A stretch of DNA of 64,000 nt from an uncultured Clostridia bacterium (GCA_944372585.1 CALVZQ010000003.1:93467-157466); one strand, 5' to 3'; shown: positions 40,533 to 50,129, counted from the first letter of the stretch. The notes: generated by a model from the sequence alone, not told the origin. A program made the numbers and translations.

Positions 40533-41099
40533 CTAGACTTTCATGACCTCTTCTTCTTTGTCTTCTGCAAGTTTGTCAGCCATATCTGTGTATTTATCAA
40601 TAAGTTTTTGAACTTCTTTTTCACTTGATGCATATTCGTCTTCTGAAAGTTCTCCATCTTTTTTCATGCTTTTCAACATGTCGAGGGCATCACGACGAAC
40701 ATTTCTCATTGCAACCTTTGTCTCTTCACAAATTTTCTTGACATTCTTAACAATTTCTTTACGTCTTTCTTCCGTAAGCATAGGGAAAACGAGACGAATC
40801 GTCTTTCCATCATCAGTTGGAGTTATGCCGATGTCAGATTGAGAAATTGCCTTTTCAACATTTTTAATTTGAGAAGCGTCCCAAACATTGATATTCAAAA
40901 TTCTTGCTTCTGAAACAGTAACCGTTCCCATTTGAACAATAGGGGTTGGCACCCCATAATATTCTACCATAACTTTATCCAAAATATGTGGATTGGCTCT
41001 TCCTGCTCTAATAACAAGATATTCATTTTGTTGGTGTAAATATGCTTTTTCCAAATCTTCCTTGCAGTTTGAAAAAATTTCATCAACCATTTCGTTCAT
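40533..41099 (-). CDS. frr: Ribosome recycling factor
   Basis: IRAGRANP, LTEERRK, RNVRRDA; AGGAG RBS before ATG 41099. Confidence 0.97.
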   Translation of the reverse strand: MNEMVDEIFSNCKEDLEKAYLHQQNEYLVIRAGRANPHILDKVMVEYYGVPTPIVQMGTVTVSEARILNINVWDASQIKNVEKAISQSDIGITPTDDGKTIRLVFPMLTEERRKEIVKNVKKICEETKVAMRNVRRDALDMLKSMKKDGELSEDEYASSEKEVQKLIDKYTDMADKLAEDKEEEVMKV

Positions 41100-41229
41100 A
41101 AATTCTCCTTTAATTTGTTTCAATTTTTGCAACCACAAAAGCATTACAATTTATGCACTCACAAGGGTCAAATTCCAATTCAATCTGCCTACAAATAAAC
41201 AAAAAATACTTGACCAAATGAACATTTCT

Positions 41230-41487
41230 TTCCGTTATAACTAGAAGCACGAACTTGCTTGCAAAAGTGAGTGCGACGTCGTTTCAATGCTTGTGTGAAG
41301 TGCGAACTTCAGTGAGCATTTTGCGTAGCAAATAAAATGTGAAACATTTTCTTCCGTTATAACTAGAAGCACGAACTTGCTTGCAAAAGTGAGTGCGACG
41401 TCGTTTCAATGCTTGTGTGAAGTGCGAACTTCAGTGAGCATTTTGCGTAGCAAATAAAATGTGAAACATTTTCTTCACACAAGCATT
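41230..41487. repeat. Two identical 122-bp tandem units with internal hairpins plus a closing 15-bp inverted repeat
   Basis: Units 41230-41351 and 41352-41473 are identical; aatgcttgtgtgaag (41286-41300, 41408-41422) is the reverse complement of cttcacacaagcatt (41473-41487). Confidence 0.95.
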
Positions 41488-41513
41488 ATAACCTAATCAA
41501 AAAAATTTTGCAA
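41485..41513 (-). promoter_or_regulatory. Sigma-A promoter firing into the 122-bp repeat
   Basis: - strand TTGCAA, 17 nt spacer, TATAAT. Confidence 0.7.
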
Positions 41514-41552
41514 ATTATTTTATCTCATTACCAAAAGAATATAATTGTAAAC

Positions 41553-41578
41553 AAAAAAACGACCATACAGTCGTTTTT
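41553..41578 (-). terminator. Terminator of the mTERF-like gene
   Basis: aaaaacgac / gtcgttttt stem with U7 on - strand right after the stop codon. Confidence 0.75.
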
Positions 41579-43511
41579 ATCTTTCAAAAGTGAATAATGT
41601 TGTGTCTTGCCCAAAATCTAGTTTGTTGACTTCTTCATTGAGTTTTCTTAATGGAGAAACCAAATCACCAACATTTTCAACAACCAAACTTTCTCCAAAC
41701 AGTTGTGGTTGTTTGTTTTGTCTTATATCAAAAGTTGTTCTGATTACTTCATCATAAGTTTTGACAATTTCAGATCTAAACAAATCAGTAATTGCCTCCT
41801 TGTCATCAAAACAAGAACTCAAATAGTCCATTGTTTTTTCAAAAAGTTGATCAACATTGGAATATTTTTTCCCAAGATTAAATCTTCTTTGTTCATAGGT
41901 ACTTCTTAGGAGGTTGAGAGCATCTTCAATTTGTTCGCTCGTTTCTATTTCTGCAACAGTGACATCATGTATGTCTTTGCCTTCAATCAAAAATCTTCTT
42001 TCGTGAAGCTGTTTAACATCATTTGCAAGAGACAGAACAAAATCTTTCTTTGATTTCTTTGACACACTTTCGTTTTTCAAAATTTTTGGCATATATCTTA
42101 TGTTTTGGCCAACTGTTCTGATTGAATGTCTTAAGGACTTTTCGCCATTAAGTGTTCTTCTTTCTTTTGCCTTAATCAAATCTTCAATCTTAGATTCAAT
42201 TTCAAAATTTCCATCAAAGAAAATTTCCACAAACTTATGCAAACAATCTTTGTCAGACATACTCTCCACCTCTATATCTTGCATAACAGCAGTGTTTGTC
42301 AATTTTTCTATGATTTTCTTGACGCTGAAATCAATATTGCTTGCAAACAGAGTTTTTCCAAACTCAAAAAACTTATCAAAATATTTTTCATCTGGAAATT
42401 CTGCGTCCAACCTTTCAATCTCCTTCAAAAGAATTGAAAATTGCGAAGAATTCATTCCAATCATATACGGGTTTGATGCAAGATATTTTGCAATATCGGT
42501 CTTTGATTTTTTGCTTATGATTTCAAGAGATCTAATGTTTTTGGTTGCATTTCTGACAATCTTGTCAAATGGAATTTGATTTAATATGGCAAGATTGATC
42601 GGCTCTTCAAAATATGCCTTAAATTGATATGCATACGAGTTTGAAGTGAAATCCGAAACCACGTCAACCAAATAGTTTTCTTTTTTAAACATTGTTGAAG
42701 AATTGATTGTAAGCAATGATGAATTGTTCTTCAACCACTTTCTTACCATGATCGTCCTGTATTCCAAAAAAGATAAATTTGGATTTTTTGCGGAAATCAT
42801 GGCATAACTTTTCTCCAATTTTGGCATCATTTTGCTTTGTAAATAATCAAAAGCATCTTGTATCCTGTCAGTTGATGTGACAAACAGTGAAGGATTAATT
42901 TTCAAAATGTCAACAACCTCATGTTTTCTGAACACTCTGTATGCTTTGTTTCTTTCATAAACCATCAACCCTTGAAGTTTGTCAAAAATTTGTGAAAATT
43001 TATATGCATACCCCTTTGCAATTAATGATGAACACTTTTCAAAAATTTCAACAGCTTCTTGATCGGTCAAATTTAGCGTTTTGACCAGAGCACTATAGAT
43101 ATATCTGAAATCACGATTAACATCATATGCCTTTAAAGATGTTTCGGCATCTTTTTTCAGGTTCCCATCAGTCAAAACAGAACAATACAAAATTTTGTAT
43201 GTGTTTATTTTTCTTGAAGAGGTTTGTCTGAACAAATTATCAAGTCGTTCCCTCATTTCTGACAAACTTTCTTTATCTGAAAACTGAGAATAATCCAGTT
43301 TTGAAAGAAAAACGTGTCCAACTTTTCTTTTTAATTTTTCATCGACTTGATCAACAAATGCGTCAAGATACGGAAAAACCGTGTTTAACATCACCAACAA
43401 GCGACTTTGGTCAATAGATTTTTTGAACTTTTCTTGAAGCATTTTTTCCGTTTCTTCTTTTGACAAAGCAAAATATTTGTAAACTTTTTGAAAAAAATCT
43501 TCTCTGCTCAT
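41577..43511 (-). CDS. Hypothetical alpha-helical protein with mTERF-like repeats
   Basis: Recurrent units of about 30-35 aa: FRKHEVVDILKINPSLFVTSTDRIQDAFDYL, LNLTDQEAVEIFEKCSSLI, VRKWLKNNSSLLTINSSTMFKKENYL, KTDIAKYLASNPYMIGMN; AGGAG RBS. Confidence 0.6.
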   Translation of the reverse strand: MSREDFFQKVYKYFALSKEETEKMLQEKFKKSIDQSRLLVMLNTVFPYLDAFVDQVDEKLKRKVGHVFLSKLDYSQFSDKESLSEMRERLDNLFRQTSSRKINTYKILYCSVLTDGNLKKDAETSLKAYDVNRDFRYIYSALVKTLNLTDQEAVEIFEKCSSLIAKGYAYKFSQIFDKLQGLMVYERNKAYRVFRKHEVVDILKINPSLFVTSTDRIQDAFDYLQSKMMPKLEKSYAMISAKNPNLSFLEYRTIMVRKWLKNNSSLLTINSSTMFKKENYLVDVVSDFTSNSYAYQFKAYFEEPINLAILNQIPFDKIVRNATKNIRSLEIISKKSKTDIAKYLASNPYMIGMNSSQFSILLKEIERLDAEFPDEKYFDKFFEFGKTLFASNIDFSVKKIIEKLTNTAVMQDIEVESMSDKDCLHKFVEIFFDGNFEIESKIEDLIKAKERRTLNGEKSLRHSIRTVGQNIRYMPKILKNESVSKKSKKDFVLSLANDVKQLHERRFLIEGKDIHDVTVAEIETSEQIEDALNLLRSTYEQRRFNLGKKYSNVDQLFEKTMDYLSSCFDDKEAITDLFRSEIVKTYDEVIRTTFDIRQNKQPQLFGESLVVENVGDLVSPLRKLNEEVNKLDFGQDTTLFTFER

Positions 43512-43531
43512 CAAATCATCTCCTTGATGAC

Positions 43532-43560
43532 ATTATAAACCGTAAACCATGTTTTGTCAA
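43532..43560 (-). promoter_or_regulatory. Perfect consensus sigma-A promoter of the mTERF-like gene
   Basis: - strand TTGACA-aaacatggtttacggtt (17 nt)-TATAAT. Confidence 0.85.
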
Positions 43561-43635
43561 TATAAAAATTTTTAAATTTCGACATTAATAATCAAAAAAA
43601 GTCCAAAAAAGAATCAAATTTTTGATTGTTGAAAC

Positions 43636-43664
43636 AAAAAAGACGCCAAATTTTTGACGTCTTT
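43636..43664 (-). terminator. rpsB-tsf terminator
   Basis: - strand aaagacgtcaaa / tttggcgtcttt stem with U-tract immediately after the tsf stop. Confidence 0.8.
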
Positions 43665-43668
43665 GAAA

Positions 43669-44328
43669 TTATTTTCCTGCCATTTGTTTTGCAACTTCTT
43701 CAGCCAAGTTGTCGTTTCTCTTTTCCATTCCTTCGCCAAGTTCATAGCGTTTGAATCTACGAATAGAAATTTTTTCTCCAATCTTAAGGGTTGCTTCAGT
43801 CAAAAGGTCTTTGATTGTAAGGTCAGGATTTTTTACGAAATGTTGGTTCAAAAGGCAAACATCTTCATAAAATTTCTTAACTCTTCCTTCAACCATTTTT
43901 TCAATGATTGCTTCAGGTTTTCCCTCGTTCTTTGCTTGTGCTCTCAAAATTTCTTTTTCTTTTTCAAGTTCGGTTGGATCAACATCAGCTTCCGCAACAT
44001 ACTTAGGATTTGCAGCTGCAATATGCATTGCAATGTCTTTAACCAATGTTTGGAAATCGTCGCTCTTTGCAACGAAGTCTGTTTCACAGTTAACTTCAAC
44101 CAAAACACCAATTCTTCCGCCCATGTGAATGTAAGAAGCAACCAAACCTTCAGAAGCAATTCTTCCTTGTTTTTTGTCAACAGCCTTAAGTCCTCTTTCT
44201 CTCAAAAGAACAATAGCCTTTTCAAAATCTCCATTTGCATCTGTAAGTGCTTTTTTGCATTCCATCATGCCAACGCCTGTTTGTGCTCTAAGACGGGCAA
44301 CATCTTGTGCAGTAAAACTCATAATCAT
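43669..44328 (-). CDS. tsf: Elongation factor Ts (short form)
   Basis: [40 protein letters not shown]. Confidence 0.98.
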   Translation of the reverse strand: MIMSFTAQDVARLRAQTGVGMMECKKALTDANGDFEKAIVLLRERGLKAVDKKQGRIASEGLVASYIHMGGRIGVLVEVNCETDFVAKSDDFQTLVKDIAMHIAAANPKYVAEADVDPTELEKEKEILRAQAKNEGKPEAIIEKMVEGRVKKFYEDVCLLNQHFVKNPDLTIKDLLTEATLKIGEKISIRRFKRYELGEGMEKRNDNLAEEVAKQMAGK

Positions 44329-44351
44329 AATCTCCTTTCAAAAATAAAATT

Positions 44352-45257
44352 TTATTCAGAAACTGTTTCTTCAGTTTTAGCTTCTGTTTCAGTTTTTTCT
44401 GATTTTTCTTCTGTCTTTTCTTTCTTTACAGGAGCTTTTTTCTTTGGTTTTCTTGCAGGTTTCTTAACTTCTTCTCCTGCTTCTGCATCAGCAACACTTG
44501 GTTTTGCTTGTTCGAGCAAACTTTCAAGGTCAACTTCTTCTTCAGCATTTTCTTCGTCGTCCTTCTTCATTGAAACGCCTTCTCTTGCTTCGATAACAGC
44601 ATCAGCGATTGCGCCAGCAATGAGTTTGACTGAACGAATTGCATCGTCGTTTCCTGGGATAACAACATCAACACCTGATGGATCGCAGTTTGTGTCAACC
44701 AAACTTACAACAGGAATGTTCAAAATGTTTGCTTCATGAACACAGATTTTTTCATTTGTTGGGTCAACAACAAACAAAACTCCAGGAAGTTCTCTCATAT
44801 CCTTAATTCCGCCAAGGTTCTTTTCAAGTTTGTCTCTTTCTTGTTTGAGAAGAGTAACTTCTTTCTTTGGAAGAAGTTCAAATTCTCCAACTTTTTCCAT
44901 TTGATTGAGTTTGTTGAGTCTCTCAATTCTGTTTCTGATTGTCTTGAAATTTGTTAAAGTTCCCCCAAGCCAACGAGTGTTGATGTAGAACATTCCACAT
45001 CTTTCGGCTTCTTCTTTGATTGCTTCTTGAGCTTGTTTCTTTGTTCCAACAAAAAGAACGCTTTTTCCGCTTGCAACAACATCACGAACAAAACTGTAAG
45101 CCTTGTCAACTTGTTCTGATGTCACTTCCAAATTGATGATATGAATGTCATTTCTAGCGGTAAAAATGTATTCTTTCATCTTTGGATTCCACTTTCTGGA
45201 TTGGTGACCAAAATGAACACCAGCTTCCAAAAGTTGTTTCATTGAAATAACTGACAT
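44352..45257 (-). CDS. rpsB: 30S ribosomal protein S2
   Basis: [29 protein letters not shown]; charged C-terminal tail. Confidence 0.99.
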   Translation of the reverse strand: MSVISMKQLLEAGVHFGHQSRKWNPKMKEYIFTARNDIHIINLEVTSEQVDKAYSFVRDVVASGKSVLFVGTKKQAQEAIKEEAERCGMFYINTRWLGGTLTNFKTIRNRIERLNKLNQMEKVGEFELLPKKEVTLLKQERDKLEKNLGGIKDMRELPGVLFVVDPTNEKICVHEANILNIPVVSLVDTNCDPSGVDVVIPGNDDAIRSVKLIAGAIADAVIEAREGVSMKKDDEENAEEEVDLESLLEQAKPSVADAEAGEEVKKPARKPKKKAPVKKEKTEEKSEKTETEAKTEETVSE

Positions 45258-45469
45258 AAATTTTCCCTCCTTGTTTTTTGTCTTCCCCAAAGTTTTAACT
45301 CCCAAAATCAACCCAAAAATGAGACCATTTTTTTGCAAGTGAACGGATTCAAAAAAAATAAAAATTACGATTGTTCACAAGCGTTCAGGCAACGGATTTT
45401 GAAATGCCCTTTGAGTGTTAATTTGTCCAATGACTTTGGCAGTATAGCACAAAAAAAAATAAATTGCAA
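45258..45469 (-). promoter_or_regulatory. rpsB promoter and long 5' leader (possible S2 autoregulatory element)
   Basis: TTGCAA-17-TGcTATACT at 45469-45441 implies a leader of about 175 nt; structure not verified. Confidence 0.5.
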
Positions 45470-45533
45470 GCATTTTGACTTTACTTTGCAAAATATTTTT
45501 AAATCAAACAATAATTCTCCATTTTATTATGTA

Positions 45534-45992
45534 TCACTTATGGTAACTTTTCCCACTTTCAATCATAAAACCACGATAGATTTGTTCCAAAAGCATAATT
45601 CTGAACAGATTGTGGGGAAATGTCATTGGAGAGAAAGAAATTCTTTCGTCACACCTGTCCCTGACACTCTGGCTGACACCATAAGAACCACCAATCACAA
45701 AACTGAGCGTAGATGTTTTCAAAGAAAGTTCTTTCAACTTCTTTGCAAATTTTTCACTGCCAATTTCGGTGCTGTTTATGTCACACAGAATGGAATACCC
45801 TTTGAGTTTTTTCAAAATCTCTTCCCCTTCTTTTTCCAAAATCATCTCAGGGTTTGAAAGTTGATTCTGTTCTTTGACTTCAATGATATTCAACTTGCAG
45901 AAAGCAGAAAGTCTTTTGCAATATTCTTCCTGATGTTCTTTGGAAAACTTTTCTTTCAAGTTTCCCACACAAACAATGTTAATCGTCATCAT
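45534..45992 (-). CDS. rlmH: 23S rRNA pseudouridine-1915 N3-methyltransferase
   Basis: VGNLKEK, FVIGGSYG, MTFPH, EQIYR, YHK. Confidence 0.97.
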   Translation of the reverse strand: MMTINIVCVGNLKEKFSKEHQEEYCKRLSAFCKLNIIEVKEQNQLSNPEMILEKEGEEILKKLKGYSILCDINSTEIGSEKFAKKLKELSLKTSTLSFVIGGSYGVSQSVRDRCDERISFSPMTFPHNLFRIMLLEQIYRGFMIESGKSYHK

Positions 45993-47161
45993 AACAACCC
46001 CCAAATGAATGTCATGATTGTGACAATGGCAGACAAAGCAATCGCACCATAGAGAAAGATTTTGCTTTTGACCGCCGTTTGATCTTGTGACTCTTGTTTT
46101 TCTGTTTCAATTTTTTCAACTTCGTCAAAAATGTTTTTCATGTTCTTATCGACAAAATCCATAAAATCTTTCAAATCAATATAGACGACATGTCTTCCTG
46201 CATAGTCAACATCCTTCACGTTTGTTGGTTGTTGATTTTTGATGTTTTCAACATCATTGAAGTATGCCTGACGAATGAACATTGATGTAAGTTGTTTTTG
46301 TTTTGCAACAAAATTGTAATTAAACGAATCCTTAATCAAAAATTTTGTCGCCTCGATCGCAAGCATAACGAGCAGACAGAGGAAAAGGATAAACATAACC
46401 AAACCAAGCACAGAATTTGCAGTCAAAAATTCTGAGATATATGAGAATAGAGTGCCAATCGCCCAGCCCTTTGCTCTGGCAAATGAAAGAAAGACACTTA
46501 TTGCGTTGTTCATGAAATGGACAATGATGCATGGATAAATTGAACTTGTGCACCAACAAATATATCCCAAAAACAAACCGATTATTGTTGCATAGAAAAA
46601 TTGCTCAATGTTCAAATGCAAAAGACCAAACAGCACTCCAGAAATGATAATGCTCTTTTTCATTCCAAGGTTTGAATTCCCTTTCAAAAGCATTCCACGA
46701 TGCAAAGTTTCTTCACAGATTGCTGGCAAGATTGCAGTGCAAAGAAGATTCAACAGGAAAACCCACCAAGTCGCTGGCAAAGAAGTGGTTGACGTTGATG
46801 GTTTATATCCAAAAAGTTGAATCAGCGAATTGAAGAAACTTGACACATACACATTCAAAAAGAAAACAATGACCCCAAGCGCAATGGCAACAAGCACAGA
46901 TTTGAAAGATATCTTTTTGTAACTGAAAAATTTGAAAGTTTCTTTTGTTTTTGCCTTGTTGAGCCATTTAAACAACAAAAATGGCAACAAAAAAAGTAAG
47001 CCAACTTGTGTTACGATGCTGATAATATAAGAACCATAAACACCAATTTGAGAAGCAAAAACAGAACACAAAATTCTGATGACAACAAACCCTACAACGA
47101 CAATAAAATAAATTAGATTAGTATAAAAATTTACTTTATCAATTTTCCTGTTTTCAACCAT
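45989..47161 (-). CDS. CPBP (CAAX/Abi) intramembrane metalloprotease
   Basis: PAICEETLHRG, FGLLH, HFMNN. Confidence 0.9.
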   Translation of the reverse strand: MVENRKIDKVNFYTNLIYFIVVVGFVVIRILCSVFASQIGVYGSYIISIVTQVGLLFLLPFLLFKWLNKAKTKETFKFFSYKKISFKSVLVAIALGVIVFFLNVYVSSFFNSLIQLFGYKPSTSTTSLPATWWVFLLNLLCTAILPAICEETLHRGMLLKGNSNLGMKKSIIISGVLFGLLHLNIEQFFYATIIGLFLGYICWCTSSIYPCIIVHFMNNAISVFLSFARAKGWAIGTLFSYISEFLTANSVLGLVMFILFLCLLVMLAIEATKFLIKDSFNYNFVAKQKQLTSMFIRQAYFNDVENIKNQQPTNVKDVDYAGRHVVYIDLKDFMDFVDKNMKNIFDEVEKIETEKQESQDQTAVKSKIFLYGAIALSAIVTIMTFIWGLL

Positions 47162-47244
47162 AGTTTCTCCAAAATTAATATACTCTCTAAACCTTATATT
47201 TATAACATTGAAATAACTTCAAAATTTTCAATGAATGACCAAAA

Positions 47245-48255
47245 TCACACTAGATTTAAGACAATGACAATGACTGCAAAAACAATTCCACACAAAATTG
47301 TCAAAGGAAGTTTTCCAACACTGAGTGCTGGTGTTTGAGTCACTTCTCCTGTTTTTTCCACTTGAACAATCTTGTGCTTTCTCAAATAATATTTGTCCAA
47401 AAGCCAGAAGACAACGCAAGTAAGTCCTGCCAAGAAAATTGCAAGCAAAACAAACCACCAAGTTATGTTGAAAGACAAATCAATTGCATTGATGTTTGAT
47501 AGGAAACTTATTGTGATTGTTGTGAAATTGTTAAAGAAGTGAATAATCATCGGATAGAGCAAATTGTTTGTTCTGTCCATAACAACAGCAAGCACACAAC
47601 CCAAAATGAATGGATAGATGAGTTGCACAATGTTTTGATGCATCAAAGCAAAGAGCAATGCACTCAAAAGCACACTTCCAACCTTTGAAAATCTTTCTTT
47701 AAGTCCCTGGAAGATCATGCCTCTGAAAATCAACTCTTCACAAATTGCAGGAACGACTGCCAAAATCAAAAGATTGAGAAAATACCAGCCAACGTTGTCA
47801 AGTGGAAGAGAAACCGAACTTGTTTCAATTCCCATAGCCGTAAACATTGCACCAAAGCAGCCTTCAATCAACCAAATAAAACCGATAACACTGACAATTC
47901 CAACAACTGCTGAAAGCAAACAAGTCCAAACATTCGCCTTCTTAAACGAAATGTTGCAGGCACTGTTTTTGATTCGATTTGTCTTGTTATAGCAGAAAAA
48001 TAAACAAATGAAAACTATCTCAGTCAGAAGCATGGACAAAATGAGAAACCAAAGTTGTCCATACATAACTTCGCTCATATCTTGCCCTTCGAATGAAACC
48101 CCTGTCCCCACCATGATTGCATAACTTACATAGGTAAAGACAAAAGCAATTGCAAATGGCAAAAGAAGCGCATAAAGAAACACCTTCCCAGAGTCTTTGG
48201 TGGTGTAGAAATTTCTTTTTTCAAATTGTTTTCTAAGTTCTTTCGTGTTTTCCAT
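47245..48255 (-). CDS. CPBP (CAAX/Abi) intramembrane metalloprotease
   Basis: PAICEELIFRG, FALMH, HFFNN. Confidence 0.92.
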   Translation of the reverse strand: MENTKELRKQFEKRNFYTTKDSGKVFLYALLLPFAIAFVFTYVSYAIMVGTGVSFEGQDMSEVMYGQLWFLILSMLLTEIVFICLFFCYNKTNRIKNSACNISFKKANVWTCLLSAVVGIVSVIGFIWLIEGCFGAMFTAMGIETSSVSLPLDNVGWYFLNLLILAVVPAICEELIFRGMIFQGLKERFSKVGSVLLSALLFALMHQNIVQLIYPFILGCVLAVVMDRTNNLLYPMIIHFFNNFTTITISFLSNINAIDLSFNITWWFVLLAIFLAGLTCVVFWLLDKYYLRKHKIVQVEKTGEVTQTPALSVGKLPLTILCGIVFAVIVIVLNLV

Positions 48256-48336
48256 ATCACAAATAATAACACACTAAAAACAAAAAAACAAACAATTCTG
48301 CTAGACAAACCACAAATTTATTGATAAAATCAAATT

Positions 48337-48801
48337 ATGGAAAATTTTATGGGAACAGCAATCAAAGAAGCAAAGATTGCCTTGAAAAAAGAAGAAGTCC
48401 CAATTGGAGCAGTGATAGTCAAAGACGGAAAAATCATTGCAAAAGGACATAACCAAAGAGAAAAAAAGAAAAATTCTCTAATGCACGCAGAGATGATTGC
48501 AATTTCAAAGGCTTGCAAAAAATTGCATGATTGGCGTCTTGAAAACTGCACAATGTATGTCACACTTGAACCATGCCCAATGTGCGCTGGCGCAATAACC
48601 AACGCTCGCATAGAAAAAGTTGTCTACGGTGCAAAAGACAAAACATCAGAAGATGGTTTGTTTGAAAAAATTTTGACCAGCAACCGCCTTAACCACAAAA
48701 CTGAATTTATGCAAGACACTGAAAACGAAAAGGAATGTTCAAGGCTTTTGACAGAATTTTTTAAGAATAGAAGAACCAAAAAAAACAGAAATAAGTCTTG
48801 A
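48337..48801 (+). CDS. tadA: tRNA adenosine(34) deaminase
   Basis: EVPIGAVIV, HAE, TLEPCPMC. Confidence 0.92.
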   Translation: MENFMGTAIKEAKIALKKEEVPIGAVIVKDGKIIAKGHNQREKKKNSLMHAEMIAISKACKKLHDWRLENCTMYVTLEPCPMCAGAITNARIEKVVYGAKDKTSEDGLFEKILTSNRLNHKTEFMQDTENEKECSRLLTEFFKNRRTKKNRNKS

Positions 48802-48851
48802 TTTTTAGATTTTCGTGTGATATATTTTAAGCAAAAGAAAAGGAGAAGGAT

Positions 48852-50045
48852 ATGGAAATCAAAGTTAACGTAATTGCATCAACAAAAATCGGCTACAAAG
48901 CACCAAAAGAAGAACTTGACAAACTTGGCGGATTGACTGCGGGAATCTGCTATTTGCCTGACACAACAGAAAAACTCTTCAGTGAACCAGAAGAAAAGAC
49001 CGAAAGAAGAATTGGTTTGACGAAAGGAAGTGGACATCACAGTCCTTATGACCATGGAGAATTCACTTTGGAATTGATTGGAATTCCAAAAATCATTGCC
49101 ATGACATTGAACAATGAAAAGATGTACACAACAAGCGAAAAATCTGCACGTTACAAAGTTATGCAAGATGTTCCAGAAGACCAAAAAGTGCTTTACGACA
49201 AATGGTTAGAAATTTTCAAACAAGAAATTGCAAAAAAATATCAATCAGCTTATCCAAACTATTTCACAGACCAAAAAATAACAAAATTGGCACAAGAAAA
49301 TGCAAGATACTTAACTTCAGTTTTCACCCCAACAACAATGGCATACACGACTTCATACAGACAATTCAATATTTTGTATTCATTGATTAAAAAAGAAATC
49401 AAGAGAATTGAAACTGAAGAAACTCATCCTTTCTACAAGAAATATGCAGAAGAACTTCAAAACCTTGCAAATGCTTTTGAAACACTTCCATATCTTGACA
49501 AAGACCTTTTTGATGCCAAAGGCAGAAGTTTGTCTCTCATTGACCACAGAACCGATCGCCCAATCATCAAACAATATGGAGATGTTTACCAAATTTCGTA
49601 CAAAGGATCATTTGCCCAACTTGCACAAGCACACAGACACAGAACTTTGTCATATAACTTCAGATTGCTTCCACAAGCAGAATATTTCATTCCACCAATC
49701 ATAAAAGAAAACAAAACACTCGCTCTTTCTTGGTGTAAAGATTGCGAATCTCTTGCAGACAGTTTCCCACAAGGACTGCTTGTTGAAATTGTTGAACAAG
49801 GAAATCTTGAAAACTTGATTCTCAAGGCAAAAGAAAGAAAATGTACATACGCCCAACTTGAAATCAACAGGCAAACAACTGAAACAATTATGGAAGTTTA
49901 TAACGAACTTGAAAAAACAGGACATCCAGGTGCAGAAGAGTTGAAACCATATGCAAAAAAATCATCTCGTTGCACATTTGGAGATTATGTGTGCACCTCA
50001 CCTTGTGGTTTCAAAGAAGGTATAACTGGCGAAAGAACAATATAA
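48852..50045 (+). CDS. thyX: Flavin-dependent thymidylate synthase, tandem-domain type
   Basis: GHHSPYDH, SEKSARY and ENARY in the first half; AQAHRHRT in the second half. Confidence 0.75.
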   Translation: MEIKVNVIASTKIGYKAPKEELDKLGGLTAGICYLPDTTEKLFSEPEEKTERRIGLTKGSGHHSPYDHGEFTLELIGIPKIIAMTLNNEKMYTTSEKSARYKVMQDVPEDQKVLYDKWLEIFKQEIAKKYQSAYPNYFTDQKITKLAQENARYLTSVFTPTTMAYTTSYRQFNILYSLIKKEIKRIETEETHPFYKKYAEELQNLANAFETLPYLDKDLFDAKGRSLSLIDHRTDRPIIKQYGDVYQISYKGSFAQLAQAHRHRTLSYNFRLLPQAEYFIPPIIKENKTLALSWCKDCESLADSFPQGLLVEIVEQGNLENLILKAKERKCTYAQLEINRQTTETIMEVYNELEKTGHPGAEELKPYAKKSSRCTFGDYVCTSPCGFKEGITGERTI

Positions 50046-50092
50046 AAAACTTCTCAAAACAAGAAAACTTAAGCAACTTTATGTTGCCCAAC

Positions 50093-50129
50093 AAAAAGAG
50101 GACTCATTTTCATATGGAGTCCTTTTTTT
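50093..50129. terminator. Bidirectional intrinsic terminator
   Basis: aaaaagaggactc...gagtccttttttt between convergent genes. Confidence 0.8.

Noticed and set aside
41230-41487. 122-bp repeat as a CRISPR array
   Set aside because: The units are identical over their whole length with no variable spacers, and there are no cas genes in the window
43654-44739. 361-aa + strand ORF
   Set aside because: Antisense shadow of tsf and rpsB with Phe/Ser-biased composition and no recognisable motifs
45341-45398. Two copies of AACGGATT in the rpsB leader
   Set aside because: Only 8 bp and two copies; cannot be distinguished from chance or ordinary leader structure without an alignment
45333-45857. 174-aa + strand ORF
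   Set aside because: Antisense to rlmH and the rpsB promoter; no RBS or motifs
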